From: an uncultured Pseudomonadota bacterium
GTDB taxonomy: Bacteria; SAR324; NAC60-12
Direction of reading: 5' to 3'
Assembly: GCA_964344035.1 (NCBI GenBank)
Contig: CAYFLK010000006.1
Span: 26,162 to 90,161 of the forward strand
DNA: 64,000 nt
Below are positions 19,965 through 30,014 of this stretch, in pieces. The notes under the pieces were generated by a model, which saw only the letters and a program-made list of their open reading frames with translations, searched no databases and was not told the DNA's origin. Position 1 is the stretch's first letter; each line of letters opens with the position of its first letter. The position numbers were made by a program, and so were the translations under genes.

Positions 19965-20363
19965 TCAGTAATGCAAAGGGAGTGACAAGCGATCCAGTCC
20001 TTCAATAGCTTCGTAATCTCGGTCCAGGGTAAACAGGGTTAGATTTCGATTCAGACAGACAGTAGCGATCAGAGCATCTGTAGCCGATAGGGTCCGGCCG
20101 TTTTGTCGCAAGTCGTTCATAAGATTTCCCGCGCATTGCCAGTCTTTTCGCTCAATGGTGACCCAGCGTAGGGCGCCGAGCAAGAGCATAAACTCATCAC
20201 GATCATGCTGGCGCACAACGCGCAATAGTTCCATTTCCACAACACCGCACAGTAACACCTGATCCGCGGCAATGAGAGAATCCAGTAACATTGCGTGTTT
20301 GCTCGTTCCTTGTCTGAAGTATTCTATCCAGACGGATGTATCCACCAACACTTCATCATTCAT
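19965..20363 (-). CDS. vapC: type II toxin VapC (PIN-domain ribonuclease)
   Basis: 'LVDTSVWIEYF...' PIN N-terminus with acidic residues; overlaps the upstream antitoxin by 8 nt. Confidence 0.8.
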   Translation of the reverse strand: MNDEVLVDTSVWIEYFRQGTSKHAMLLDSLIAADQVLLCGVVEMELLRVVRQHDRDEFMLLLGALRWVTIERKDWQCAGNLMNDLRQNGRTLSATDALIATVCLNRNLTLFTLDRDYEAIEGLDRLSLPLHY

Positions 20364-20571
20364 GAGAGGCTTCTTCGATCTCAAGACTTCTCAATTCCCG
20401 AAGATTCCCCTCCCATTCCAGTCTCCCCCGATATTCTCTCAATCTTTGCAGTTTTCGTAGCCTCACCCAATCCTTCAGGGCTTGATTGACTGCTTCTGTT
20501 TTGGTGTGAGAGGTGGTTGCATGCATGACTTCATGCATCACATTATCGCTAACATTAATTGTGATTCTCAT
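20356..20571 (-). CDS. vapB: type II antitoxin VapB-family (DUF2191 / ribbon-helix-helix-like)
   Basis: 'MRITINVSDNVMHEVMHATTSHTKTEAVNQALKDWVRLRK', a typical VapB antitoxin N-terminus. Confidence 0.75.
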   Translation of the reverse strand: MRITINVSDNVMHEVMHATTSHTKTEAVNQALKDWVRLRKLQRLREYRGRLEWEGNLRELRSLEIEEASHE

Positions 20572-20663
20572 AACATCAATAATCGCTAATTGTTGACATA
20601 CAAACGAAAGTTATTTGATGACAAAAAGATCTTACCTAAGGATATTTATGAGTACAAGCATAT

Positions 20664-20836
20664 TTTGCCGTGGGTCTCAGGAGCATTTCCTTCGCCCGCG
20701 GTTACCCACATACAATAACGGTAGAGCGGGGTTTCGTCCCCGCTTGGTGCGCTGTGCAGCGGGGCGAAACCCGCGGCTACCATTCAATGAGACAGGAGGA
20801 AACTTGCGGTTGCCGATTTTCTTTTCCGTTTTGAGG
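20664..20836 (+). repeat. repeat copy B: same core as copy A but carrying an internal ~110-nt GC-rich structured insertion (two hairpins closed by GGTAG/CTACC, flanked by CCGCGG(T/C)TACC direct repeats)
   Basis: Direct alignment of 19848-19913 against 20664-20836; hairpins GAGCGGGGTTTCGTCCCCGCTT and GCGGGGCGAAACCCGC. Confidence 0.6.
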
Positions 20837-20891
20837 GGAACGGAAATGTGCTAAACTTTCTAAAAGCAATTCCCCAACAACAAGGAACAAG

Positions 20892-21446
20892 ATGGAAGAG
20901 GAGATTCCCACCGGCGATGGTTTGACCTTTGAGAAGGTCTGGCTGATGTTTCAGGAGACGAGACAGCAGTTTCAGGAGACCGATGCCCGAATCGAGAAAT
21001 TGAATCAGGAGACCAATAAAATAATCAGCGTACTTGGCGACAAATGGGGACACTTCGTGGAAGGGGTGGTCGAGCCTTCAATGGTGCGCCTCTTCAACGA
21101 ACGAGGTATTCCCATCGAAGAAACCGCTCAACGACTCAAGAAACGGGTTGACGGCGAAAGCATGGAAGTGGATTTGCTGGGATTCAATGGGGATGAGGTC
21201 GTGGTTGTTGAGGTCAAAAGCACCTTGACCGTTGAAGACGTTCGAGACCATCTTTACAGGCTGGAAAATTTCAAACGTTTTTTCCCCCGATATGCTGGAA
21301 ACCGCTTGATCGGGGCAGTGGCCGGAATGGTGATCGTTGAGGAAGCGGATAAATTTGCTTATCGACAGGGTTTGTTCGTGATCTTACCTTCCGGAGACAC
21401 CGCGCAGCTGCTCAACGATAAGAACTTCCAACCAAAACACTGGTAA
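20892..21446 (+). CDS. hypothetical PD-(D/E)xK nuclease-fold protein with N-terminal coiled coil
   Basis: 'EVDLLGFNGDEVVVVEVKSTL' gives a D...E-V-K catalytic-like arrangement; 184 aa. Confidence 0.55.
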   Translation: MEEEIPTGDGLTFEKVWLMFQETRQQFQETDARIEKLNQETNKIISVLGDKWGHFVEGVVEPSMVRLFNERGIPIEETAQRLKKRVDGESMEVDLLGFNGDEVVVVEVKSTLTVEDVRDHLYRLENFKRFFPRYAGNRLIGAVAGMVIVEEADKFAYRQGLFVILPSGDTAQLLNDKNFQPKHW

Positions 21447-21601
21447 AACATCGAATAAGACCGCGGATTACAATTTTATATTGGGTCCGGGCATGACCCG
21501 GACGTCGAAGCCGGCGTTTGGGTTGTTTTTGGCTTTTATTGTATGCGTGGATTTGCCGCCGGGAAGGAATGCGGGGGATAAAGCGTCCCCCGCAATGATA
21601 T

Positions 21602-22660
21602 TTACTGGGTGGGAATCTTGGAGATCACGCCTTTGACGTAATAATTCATGGAGAGCATTTCCCCGTCATTCAAGGCTTGGCTGATTCGGGTCCCGTCCTG
21701 TTTGGTGACCCCGTTGCGGAACACATCCGAGGCCCCGCTGACGAGCTGCCCTTTCGCGCTGTTGACCTTGTCAATCAGAGATTGCGGGATGTCAGGATGG
21801 AACGAAGTCAACCCGACGATGCCCGAATCGATGCCCCACCAGTCGGCGGCGGGTTTCCACGATCCGGATTCCACTGCCTTCGCGGCGTGCAGATAATACA
21901 CGTCCCAGTTCCAGACTGCCGCGGTCAGGTGTGCTTCCTTGCCGTAGATTGACATGTCGGAGTCGTTCCCGATCGCGAACACACCGTTTTTCTTTGCGAC
22001 CTGCACCGGAGAAGCGGAGTCGGCGGTGGTGATGATGATGTCCGCGCCGTTGTCGATAAGTGCCTGGGCGGCATCGCCTTCCTTGGTCGGGTCAAACCAG
22101 CTGTTGATCCAGATGACTTCCACTTCAATTCCCGGATTGACCTGCTGCGCACCCATGGTCATCGCGTTGATGTGACGTATGATTTCCGGAATCGGCTGCG
22201 AACCGACGATGCCGATGCGGCCTTTTTTTGACATCCCCGCGCCAATCATCGCGGCCAGGTACTTGGCCTGATACATCCGACCGAAGTAATTGCCCATGTT
22301 GTCGGCCTGTTTGAAGCCGGAACAATGGAGAAACACTTTGTCAGGAAACTTTCCCGCGACTTTCAGCGTCGGGTCCATGTATCCGAAGCTGGTTGTGAAC
22401 ACGATGTCGTTTTTGCGCGCAAGTTTGCGGATCACGCGTTCAGAATCGCCTTCCGGAACACTCTCTACATATTCCGTCTTGTATCCCGCCGCTTCCAGGG
22501 CCTTGCGACCGAGATCATGCGCGTATGTCCAGCCTCCGTCCCCGATGGGGCCGACGTACACGAAAGCCGCGGTAGGCTTGCCCGCCCACGCGGCGCCTCC
22601 CAGAACAAGCAGCATTGCCGCCGCCAGCGCGGCGATTTTGGATGGAATGGTTTTCATACA
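21602..22660 (-). CDS. BMP-family ABC transporter substrate-binding lipoprotein (nucleoside-binding PnrA-like)
   Basis: Signal peptide 'MKTIPSKIAALAAAMLLVLGGAAWA'; BMP-family length and pattern. Confidence 0.85.
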   Translation of the reverse strand, partial: CMKTIPSKIAALAAAMLLVLGGAAWAGKPTAAFVYVGPIGDGGWTYAHDLGRKALEAAGYKTEYVESVPEGDSERVIRKLARKNDIVFTTSFGYMDPTLKVAGKFPDKVFLHCSGFKQADNMGNYFGRMYQAKYLAAMIGAGMSKKGRIGIVGSQPIPEIIRHINAMTMGAQQVNPGIEVEVIWINSWFDPTKEGDAAQALIDNGADIIITTADSASPVQVAKKNGVFAIGNDSDMSIYGKEAHLTAAVWNWDVYYLHAAKAVESGSWKPAADWWGIDSGIVGLTSFHPDIPQSLIDKVNSAKGQLVSGASDVFRNGVTKQDGTRISQALNDGEMLSMNYYVKGVISKIPTQ

Positions 22661-22972
22661 CATCTCCTGATGACAGTTAAGCACGGGCAACCCCGCCAGA
22701 AAAACGGCCTAAGCGATATCATTTTCGGCTTACTCAAACCGATCTACATTTGGATTGCCGGCTGAGCGGGAACCATGGTTCCCGGGTAAAGCCCCGGGGT
22801 TACCCCGAAGCAAACGGATAAACCGCCGGATTGCTTCCCGGCAGGCCCAAATAAGACATTCCCACGTGTGACCCATTCCCGGAACCAACCGGATTCGGGT
22901 GATGGCAGTACAGTTTTTGCACATTCATGAATGACCCGCTGGTGTCGAACCCATAACGGCATCCACAGGCAT

Positions 22973-23902
22973 TCAGTGTTTCTCCCCTCTGAAAAACACC
23001 TGTCCGAGCGCGGCGGGCATGACCTGGATATTGCGTTTTGCGTTCCTGATAGTCACGACAGTCAACACCCCGATGGTAAGCAGGTAGGGAAGCATTTTGA
23101 GCAAATAGGGCGACAGTTCAACCCCCAGCAATTGTAAGCGCAATTCCAGTGCAAGGGCCAGCCCGAAAAGATAAGCCCCGGCCACCGCCTTGAAAGGATG
23201 CCAGAGGGCGAAGATCACCAGCGCCACAGCAATCCATCCACGACCGGCGGTGATGAAATCGACCCAGAACGGGTTGAGCACAAGCGAAAAATAAGCGCCA
23301 CCGATGCCGATCAGCATGCCGCCGATGACCAGGCACCAGAAACGATATCCCAGCACGGAAAGCCCAAGGGAATCACAGACTTCCGGCGCCTCGCCCATCG
23401 AACGGATGTTCAGTCCGAGGCGGGTCTTGAAAAGCACCCACCATGAAAGCGCCGCGCATCCGTATGACAGGTAGACCAGAGCGTCCTGAGTGAAAAACAC
23501 CGGCCCTAAAAGCGGCAGTTTGTGAAGCAGTGGAACTGGCAGGTCCGCAAGCGGGGTGAAGGTTTTCCCCACCAGCGTGCTGCCGAACAAACCGCTCAAC
23601 CCCGTGCCGAAAAGCGTCAGCGCCAGGCCGGAGGCAATCTGGTTGGCACGCAGAAACAGGCAGACTAGTCCGTGAATCATCGTCACCATACCGCCCGCTA
23701 AAGCGGCCACGGCAACAGCCGCCAGTGCCGAACCGGAATAGAGCATCACCACAAAACCGGTCAGGGCGCCCACCAGCATCAACCCCTCCATTCCCAGGTT
23801 GATCACTCCCGCGCGTTCGCTGATTACTCCGCCGAGCGTTGCAAACAGCAGGGGGGTGCCCATCTCAACCGTGGCAATCAGAATTTGACTGAGAAACTCC
23901 AT
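22973..23902 (-). CDS. ABC transporter permease (BMP/nucleoside-type, YufQ-like)
   Basis: 309 aa, about 8 transmembrane segments, adjacent to the BMP binding protein. Confidence 0.85.
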   Translation of the reverse strand: MEFLSQILIATVEMGTPLLFATLGGVISERAGVINLGMEGLMLVGALTGFVVMLYSGSALAAVAVAALAGGMVTMIHGLVCLFLRANQIASGLALTLFGTGLSGLFGSTLVGKTFTPLADLPVPLLHKLPLLGPVFFTQDALVYLSYGCAALSWWVLFKTRLGLNIRSMGEAPEVCDSLGLSVLGYRFWCLVIGGMLIGIGGAYFSLVLNPFWVDFITAGRGWIAVALVIFALWHPFKAVAGAYLFGLALALELRLQLLGVELSPYLLKMLPYLLTIGVLTVVTIRNAKRNIQVMPAALGQVFFRGEKH

Positions 23903-23953
23903 TTCAAAATCCCAGCAGGCAAACCATCGTTCTGCTACTCAGAACCATCTTGA

Positions 23954-25021
23954 TCAGGAACCGAATGCATGCACGATCTTCAAGCGGTACTCGGTGAATA
24001 TTTCCGAACCAAGCACGGTGAAGAGGATGATTCCTTGATAGAGATAGACCATGGAAATCGGCAGCCCGTACTCGATCTGCAGAATTTCCGCGCTGACAAA
24101 GATCAACGCCATCAGCAGTCCGCTGAGCAAAACTCCAAGTGGATGATTCCGCGCCAGCCACGCGACAATAATGCCTGTATACCCGTAGCCGATGGAAATG
24201 TTCTGCTGCAGCCGGTAGTGAATCCCGGAGACCTCCCCGAATCCGGCCAAACCGGCAATAGCGCCGCTTGCGGCAAACACCAGCATTGTCAGCAAACGTA
24301 TGGGGACCCCGGAATAACGGGCGGCGTCGGGATTGTCTCCCGTCAGGCAGATAAGAAAACCAAGCCGGGTTTTCCAAAGCACAAGCGCCACGATCACGAT
24401 CATTGCCAGCGCGATCCACAATCCGGAATGCACGTCTGTGTTTCCAAGCAAAGGCAGGCGCGCGGAATCATGAAACTCCGGAGTTATCGGGAAATTATTG
24501 CTGCCCGGGTCCCGCCATGCGCCAAACAGGTGGTAATCGATCCAGGCGGCAGCAACGTAATTCAGCAGCAGGGAGGTGATGATTTCATTTACACCGAACC
24601 TAGCTTTCAGCACCCCCGGCAGACAACCCCACAGTCCTCCGCCGATCATTGCCAGCAGCCCCATTAACGGAAGCATGGTGACGGCGGGGAGTCCTTCGAG
24701 ATTCAGCGCCGCCCATGTTACCGCGAAAGTCCCCATGTGAAACTGTCCTTCAGCCCCGATGTTCCATTGTTTCATCTGCGCCGCCAAAGCCACCGCCGTT
24801 CCGGTCAAAAGAAGCGGGGTGAGTTTCACCATCAGGTCCTGCCAGCCATAGCGGCTGTACAACACTTCCTCCCCTACCAGCGCGTAAGCCTGAAGGGGGT
24901 TGACACCGACGGCAAGGAGAAAGAGGAAACTCATCAGAACAGCCAGCAGCAGCGCGGCCGACAGGACCGGAAGCCGTCCGAAAGCGGTAGCGGAGGTTCG
25001 TTTTTCAAGGAAAAAACGCAA
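23954..25021 (-). CDS. ABC transporter permease (BMP/nucleoside-type, YufP-like)
   Basis: 355 aa polytopic membrane protein, first gene of the permease-permease-binding-protein operon. Confidence 0.85.
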   Translation of the reverse strand: MRFFLEKRTSATAFGRLPVLSAALLLAVLMSFLFLLAVGVNPLQAYALVGEEVLYSRYGWQDLMVKLTPLLLTGTAVALAAQMKQWNIGAEGQFHMGTFAVTWAALNLEGLPAVTMLPLMGLLAMIGGGLWGCLPGVLKARFGVNEIITSLLLNYVAAAWIDYHLFGAWRDPGSNNFPITPEFHDSARLPLLGNTDVHSGLWIALAMIVIVALVLWKTRLGFLICLTGDNPDAARYSGVPIRLLTMLVFAASGAIAGLAGFGEVSGIHYRLQQNISIGYGYTGIIVAWLARNHPLGVLLSGLLMALIFVSAEILQIEYGLPISMVYLYQGIILFTVLGSEIFTEYRLKIVHAFGS

Positions 25022-25217
25022 GGAGGAAGCTCAGACTTTCAGGTTCAGAATTGACATGTTGTAGAAGTGGCAGGGGGGCGATCCTGTGTGTTTTGATTAA
25101 TCGATGCTTGTTCCTCCCGGTTTTTCATTTAACAGCACACTCAGTACATCAAACATATACAAGTTAGCGTAAAACTAAAAAAGCACAAGCCTGTTCCTAG
25201 TGTTTGCGCGCAGGAGA

Positions 25218-26348
25218 TTATTCCGCAAGTGCGGTTTGGATTTCCCTCAACACCTCTTCGTGGGTTTCCGACTCCTTCGCTTTTGCCAACGCAAAGCGGG
25301 CATCATTGTGCGGGATTCGTCCAAGGCCCCACGCGGAATGCGCCCGGACCAGCGGTTCAGTGTCCCGGAGTCCCAGTTTCAGCGCGGGAATGGCGTCCGT
25401 ATGGCCCCAGTTTCCCAGCGCAACCGCAACATTGCGTAATAGCCCTTTTCTTTTTGCACGCAACAGCGGGCTTTTTTTGAAACGCTTTTTGAATGTCTCC
25501 GGAGCGAGACGCATCAGTGCAGGCAGTTCCGGGACAACTTCACCGGGGCCGGGTTTGAATTTCGGATTTTCTGAAACCGGGGGGCGTTTGTTCCACGGGC
25601 AGACTTCCTGGCAGACATCGCAGCCGAAAATCCTGTTTCCCATTTTCTCCCGCAGTTCCGCGGGAATCGCACCCTTTAGTTCAATTGTTAAGTAGGAAAT
25701 ACAGCGGCGCGCGTCCAATTCCCGTTCAGCGATGATGGCATCTGTCGGGCAGGCATCGATACAACGCGTGCAGCTCCCGCAGTCCACGCGGGTGAAAGGT
25801 GAGGAAGGAACGAGGGGAAAATCTACCAGCAGTTCCGCGAGAAAAAACCAGGACCCTTTTTTCCAGTGGATCAGGTTTGTGTGTTTGCCAATCCAACCCA
25901 AGCCGGCGCGGTGCGCGTATTCCCGTTCCAGCAGCGGGCCTGAATCGACGTATGCGCGGCTTTTACTCCCGACGCCCAGTTCTTCGTGGAGAAATTGCCT
26001 GAGCGCTTCAAGTTTTTCATTGGCCACGTCATGGTAATCCTCCCCCCAAGCGTATCGGCTGACCCGTCCCCGTGAAGGTTCGGAGGATTCGGAATGAGGG
26101 GAATCAGCGGTGTAGTAATTAAGTCCGAGGCTGATCAAAAACTTGGTTTCGGGAAGAAGACCGCGAGGGTCTTTTTTCAGTGGCAGGTGACGTTCAAGAT
26201 ACGACATTTTCCCAGCATATCCTTTCACCAGCCATTCCCGGTATATCCCGTGCGTCAGGCTTGGTGAAACCGGAATCATCCCCACCAGGTCAAAGCCCAG
26301 TTCCCCGGCCCTGCCCCGGATCGCTTCCGTAATGGCCGCCCGGTCCAT
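25218..26348 (-). CDS. queG: tRNA epoxyqueuosine reductase QueG
   Basis: Two 4Fe-4S ferredoxin motifs (CGSCTRCIDACP, CDVCQEVCP) and C-terminal HEAT-like repeats; 376 aa. Confidence 0.9.
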   Translation of the reverse strand: MDRAAITEAIRGRAGELGFDLVGMIPVSPSLTHGIYREWLVKGYAGKMSYLERHLPLKKDPRGLLPETKFLISLGLNYYTADSPHSESSEPSRGRVSRYAWGEDYHDVANEKLEALRQFLHEELGVGSKSRAYVDSGPLLEREYAHRAGLGWIGKHTNLIHWKKGSWFFLAELLVDFPLVPSSPFTRVDCGSCTRCIDACPTDAIIAERELDARRCISYLTIELKGAIPAELREKMGNRIFGCDVCQEVCPWNKRPPVSENPKFKPGPGEVVPELPALMRLAPETFKKRFKKSPLLRAKRKGLLRNVAVALGNWGHTDAIPALKLGLRDTEPLVRAHSAWGLGRIPHNDARFALAKAKESETHEEVLREIQTALAE

Positions 26349-26365
26349 TGCTTTTTCCTGAAGCT

Positions 26366-26863
26366 TCAGGTTGTCTGCTGAACGAGTTCCTCGAACATCC
26401 GGTACGGAGTCTCATCCATGCCAAGCGAAAGGTAGGTCTGCTGGGCGGCGCTGTTTTCCCTCTCGACGTACAGCCGAAAACCGCATACTTCCCGCGACTC
26501 CTCTGCTTTGGATTTAACGAACAGGTACATCTCGCGGTAAATGCCGCGGCGTCGAAAGGACTTGGCGACATACACGCTCTGTATCCACCAGAACTGACCG
26601 TTTCGCCAGTCGCTCCACTCCACGGTGATCATCAGCGCAGCTACTACTTCTCCGCCAACTTCCGCGACCACATAAAACCCGTGAGGGGGATGGTCAAAAA
26701 GGGCCCGCACTCCTGCCCTGACAACTTGCTCATCCAGGTCCCTGCCCTCCGTTTCCACAGCCATCGCGCGGTTGAAGGCAACAATCCGTTCTGCGTCTAC
26801 TGGATTTGCAAGACGTACAACTACTTTCCCGGTTGGGAAGTCAGGACGACTCTGAGTTTCCAT
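26366..26863 (-). CDS. GNAT family N-acetyltransferase
   Basis: 'WIQSVYVAKSFRRRGIYREM' acetyl-CoA-binding motif A-like; start taken at METQS. Confidence 0.8.
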   Translation of the reverse strand: METQSRPDFPTGKVVVRLANPVDAERIVAFNRAMAVETEGRDLDEQVVRAGVRALFDHPPHGFYVVAEVGGEVVAALMITVEWSDWRNGQFWWIQSVYVAKSFRRRGIYREMYLFVKSKAEESREVCGFRLYVERENSAAQQTYLSLGMDETPYRMFEELVQQTT

Positions 26864-26879
26864 TTCTTTCACACCGGAA

Positions 26880-27401
26880 TCAGGTCTCTTCCTTTGGTTC
26901 TTCAAAGGGTTTGAGTTCTTTTTCTTCAGGAGAGGGGGTCACGGTCAAAAGTGCGGATGGTTTAAAAACCTTGCGTAAAAGTCCGCGGATTCCGGTCATG
27001 CTTTCTTCCACCTCCTTTTGCGCCTCAATCAGCACCCCTTCCCATACCGCGGCAAACCCAGGGGTGCGCTGGTTCATCAAGGCGATAGCGCGGTCGAAGG
27101 TGTAAAGCATCTTCAGTTCTGCGGCGCCGGGCTTGTTCTGCAGAGTCGCGAGTGAAATCCGTAGGTGCTCGTTCTGTTTCTTCAGCATTTCCACCTCCTC
27201 CTCGCGGGAGCGGTTGCCTTTTTCCGAAATGACCATCTGTGTGTGCAGGGAATTTTTCAGGTCTTCATGGGTTTTTTCGAGAGTCCTCAACTGGACCTTC
27301 AAGTGCCTGCGTCGGGCGATTTCACTGAAAAAGATATAAACGCTCAAAACGAGCCCTACGTAAAGCCCTAGAGCAAAGGGATGCATTACATAATCCAGCA
27401 T
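26880..27401 (-). CDS. hypothetical membrane-anchored coiled-coil protein
   Basis: N-terminal transmembrane segment 'FALGLYVGLVLSVYIFF' followed by a heptad-rich region. Confidence 0.45.
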   Translation of the reverse strand: MLDYVMHPFALGLYVGLVLSVYIFFSEIARRRHLKVQLRTLEKTHEDLKNSLHTQMVISEKGNRSREEEVEMLKKQNEHLRISLATLQNKPGAAELKMLYTFDRAIALMNQRTPGFAAVWEGVLIEAQKEVEESMTGIRGLLRKVFKPSALLTVTPSPEEKELKPFEEPKEET

Positions 27402-27484
27402 AAATTTTTCCTGAATTCAGTTGAATGTGTTGGTGTTATTGTTGAGGAACACGTACTGAATGTCCCTGGCCGCAAGTGAATTAG

Positions 27485-28006
27485 TTATCTTTGTGCCTGC
27501 GCCTTGAACCAGTTTATCAAGTCTTCCCCTTTGCGCATGACCCATCCCCCGCTGTTTGCAAAAGTCCCGGCCAAATCCCGGGTTGCCTGGCGGACCATGC
27601 TGTCTTCACAACGTCCCTGCTTTTCGATCCAGTGCAGCGTGTTTCCCGCAACTACAATGGACCCCGAGACAATCACAGATCCCATCGAAACCGTGATTGC
27701 GGGGGCAAGCAGGGCAATGCATTCCGGTTCCCTGCAATCGGACTGGGCCAGCCGGTTAAATTCCCTGTTCATCACACGCAGATTGAAAGTCGCCTGGTCT
27801 ATATCAAGGGTCAGGCTGCGTGTCCACAATTCGCATTCCGGGACCGGGTCCTGCTCAGTCTTGGGGAGCACCAGACATCCGCCAAGAACAAGCAGGAGCC
27901 CAATGCTCAAAAAAGTTGCCGCGCCGCGGCTGTCATGGCCAAACAACGGTGAGATCAAAGCTTTTGCAACGGAACGGTTACCATTGTTCCTTCTTTGATC
28001 ATCCAC
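27485..28006 (-). CDS. hypothetical lipoprotein
   Basis: 'LLVLGGC' lipobox-like; no known domain. Confidence 0.45.
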   Translation of the reverse strand: MDDQRRNNGNRSVAKALISPLFGHDSRGAATFLSIGLLLVLGGCLVLPKTEQDPVPECELWTRSLTLDIDQATFNLRVMNREFNRLAQSDCREPECIALLAPAITVSMGSVIVSGSIVVAGNTLHWIEKQGRCEDSMVRQATRDLAGTFANSGGWVMRKGEDLINWFKAQAQR

Positions 28007-28143
28007 GGACTCCGCTTACTTTTCAAGCCGGGACAACCATGAATGCACAAAGACTGAGCAAAACACGGATTAACCGGAAAGCATGTTGGAAATGCAATGA
28101 AAGGGATCCGGGAAAAAAAATATCCACACAGTAAATTAAACCA

Positions 28144-28632
28144 TTATGATGCGTGGACGGAACTGCCACGGCACAACAGAAAGTTGACCGCCTTCAGGCT
28201 CATCACTTTTTCACGATCCTGGTTTCTCACTTCAATCAGGCTGGTGATGATGCCTCTGTCATGCCTGGAACGCGAACGGCGCGCATCGATCACGGACACG
28301 TTCACAAAAAGGCGGTCTCCGGGACGGACCGGGAGATTCCAGCGCAGTTCATCGATTCCAGGAGAACCGAGGCTCGCGGTTGATGAGAGATAGTTATCCA
28401 CAAGCACGCGCATCATCATGCTCACCGTATGCCAGCCGCTGGCAATCAAACTTCCATAAATTGAACCCCGGGCAGCCGCGTGGTCGATGTGAAACGGCTG
28501 TGGATCGTATTTCCTGGCAAAAGCAATGACTTCCTCTTCCTCCACTACTACAGGTCCGAATTCAAAACTGCATCCCTGAGGATAGTCCTCGAAATACCGC
28601 TCGTTTATGTTTTTTTGAATATAATCGTTCAT
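28144..28632 (-). CDS. MaoC-like (R)-hydratase / hotdog-fold dehydratase
   Basis: Hotdog-fold pattern 'FARKYDPQPFHIDHAAARGSIYGSLIASGWHT'. Confidence 0.8.
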   Translation of the reverse strand: MNDYIQKNINERYFEDYPQGCSFEFGPVVVEEEEVIAFARKYDPQPFHIDHAAARGSIYGSLIASGWHTVSMMMRVLVDNYLSSTASLGSPGIDELRWNLPVRPGDRLFVNVSVIDARRSRSRHDRGIITSLIEVRNQDREKVMSLKAVNFLLCRGSSVHAS

Positions 28633-28763
28633 TGCAAAGCTTATCTTATTGTTCCGACCAATCAGGTTTATATGTATTCGACTAATGCAAATCGTTGATA
28701 AAATGAAATCTCAGCGCAGTTACATTATCAACTCCGTTTTGGTCCAAATTCTGTTCGAGCAAC

Positions 28764-30014
28764 TTACGTCACCGTATTTCGTCGCCGATATTCTACCTTG
28801 CCCCATTCTGCTGAGATCAGCACTTCCTTTAAGTGCGCTACTGCATTCCAGACATCCTGGAACCTGATATAAAGCGGGGCAAAACCAAAGCGCAGTATAT
28901 TCGGCATGCGGAAGTCGCCGATCACTTTGCGGGTAATCAGCGCCTGCATCACCGCGTATCCGTCCTCATGAGTCAATGCTGCCTGGCTGCCGCGTTCTTT
29001 TTTATCTCTCGGACCCCAAACTTCAACACCTAGGCAGCTGCATTCCGATTCGACCAGGCGGATGAACAAGTCGGTCAATACCATGCTTTTTTGACGTACC
29101 AGCTTCAGATCCACTTTACCATACAGTTCCAGTCCGGCTTCCAGAGCCCGCAAAGACAAAACAGGCTGGGTCCCGCAAAGGAAACGGCGGATGCCCCTGT
29201 CAGGTTCAAAACTGCGTTCGAAGGCAAACGGACGGGCGTGCCCGGACCAACCCGGCAAAGGCTGTGAAATACGGGAATGATGGCGCCTTGCGGCAAAAAT
29301 GTATGCCGGTGCGCCTGGACCTCCGTTGAGATATTTGTATGTGCAGCCGACCGCAAAATCAACTCCTGCGTCATTAAGAGCGACGGGGAACACGCCCGCG
29401 CTGTGGCTCAGGTCCCAAACAGCGATGGCGCCTGCATCGTGCGCCATTGCGGTGAGCCGTTTCATGTCCTTCACGGCCCCGGAACGATAGTCTATGTGAT
29501 TAACCAAAACCGCCGCTGTGGATTCGTCAACCAGGTTTTCAAGCGAATCTGCATCCACTCCTTCCAGCCGGATTTCAATATTTTCCCTCAACGACGCCAC
29601 ACCTTGCGCCGCATAAAGATCCGTTGGGAAACTGTCCCCTTCAGCGACAATCACCGTGCGACGTGGATTCAACGACAATGCAGCGTGCAGGGCTTTGTGC
29701 AGATTGATCGTGGTGCTGTCGCACACCACGACTTCACCCTCATCCGCCCCGATTAACAACGAGAGCATGTTCCCCAGTTTTTCATTGAGGTCCCACCAAC
29801 CAGCGGAGTTCCAGCTGGTAATCAGCCCTACGGCCCATTCCTGCCTGATGGTTTTTTCCAGCTCAGCGAATGCGGATTTTGGGGGCGGCCCAAGAGAATT
29901 ACCGTCCAGGTAAATCACTCCCCGCGGAATATGAAACTGATCCCGGAATTCACGCAAAGGATCTTCGCGGTCCATTTGTTGGATTTCCCGTTCAGAAATT
30001 CTATGTGCTTTCAT
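28764..30014 (-). CDS. kynU: kynureninase (PLP-dependent)
   Basis: 416 aa; 'IYLDGNSLGPPPK' N-terminus; aminotransferase class V-like core; the PLP lysine lies in 'CTYKYLNGGPGAPAY'. Confidence 0.9.
   Translation of the reverse strand: MKAHRISEREIQQMDREDPLREFRDQFHIPRGVIYLDGNSLGPPPKSAFAELEKTIRQEWAVGLITSWNSAGWWDLNEKLGNMLSLLIGADEGEVVVCDSTTINLHKALHAALSLNPRRTVIVAEGDSFPTDLYAAQGVASLRENIEIRLEGVDADSLENLVDESTAAVLVNHIDYRSGAVKDMKRLTAMAHDAGAIAVWDLSHSAGVFPVALNDAGVDFAVGCTYKYLNGGPGAPAYIFAARRHHSRISQPLPGWSGHARPFAFERSFEPDRGIRRFLCGTQPVLSLRALEAGLELYGKVDLKLVRQKSMVLTDLFIRLVESECSCLGVEVWGPRDKKERGSQAALTHEDGYAVMQALITRKVIGDFRMPNILRFGFAPLYIRFQDVWNAVAHLKEVLISAEWGKVEYRRRNTVT

Noticed and set aside
23904-24667. ORFs antisense to and overlapping the ABC permease genes (23904-24419 on the minus strand, 23969-24667 on the plus strand)
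   Set aside because: They overlap conserved permease coding sequence, carry no motifs, and have compositions typical of spurious ORFs.
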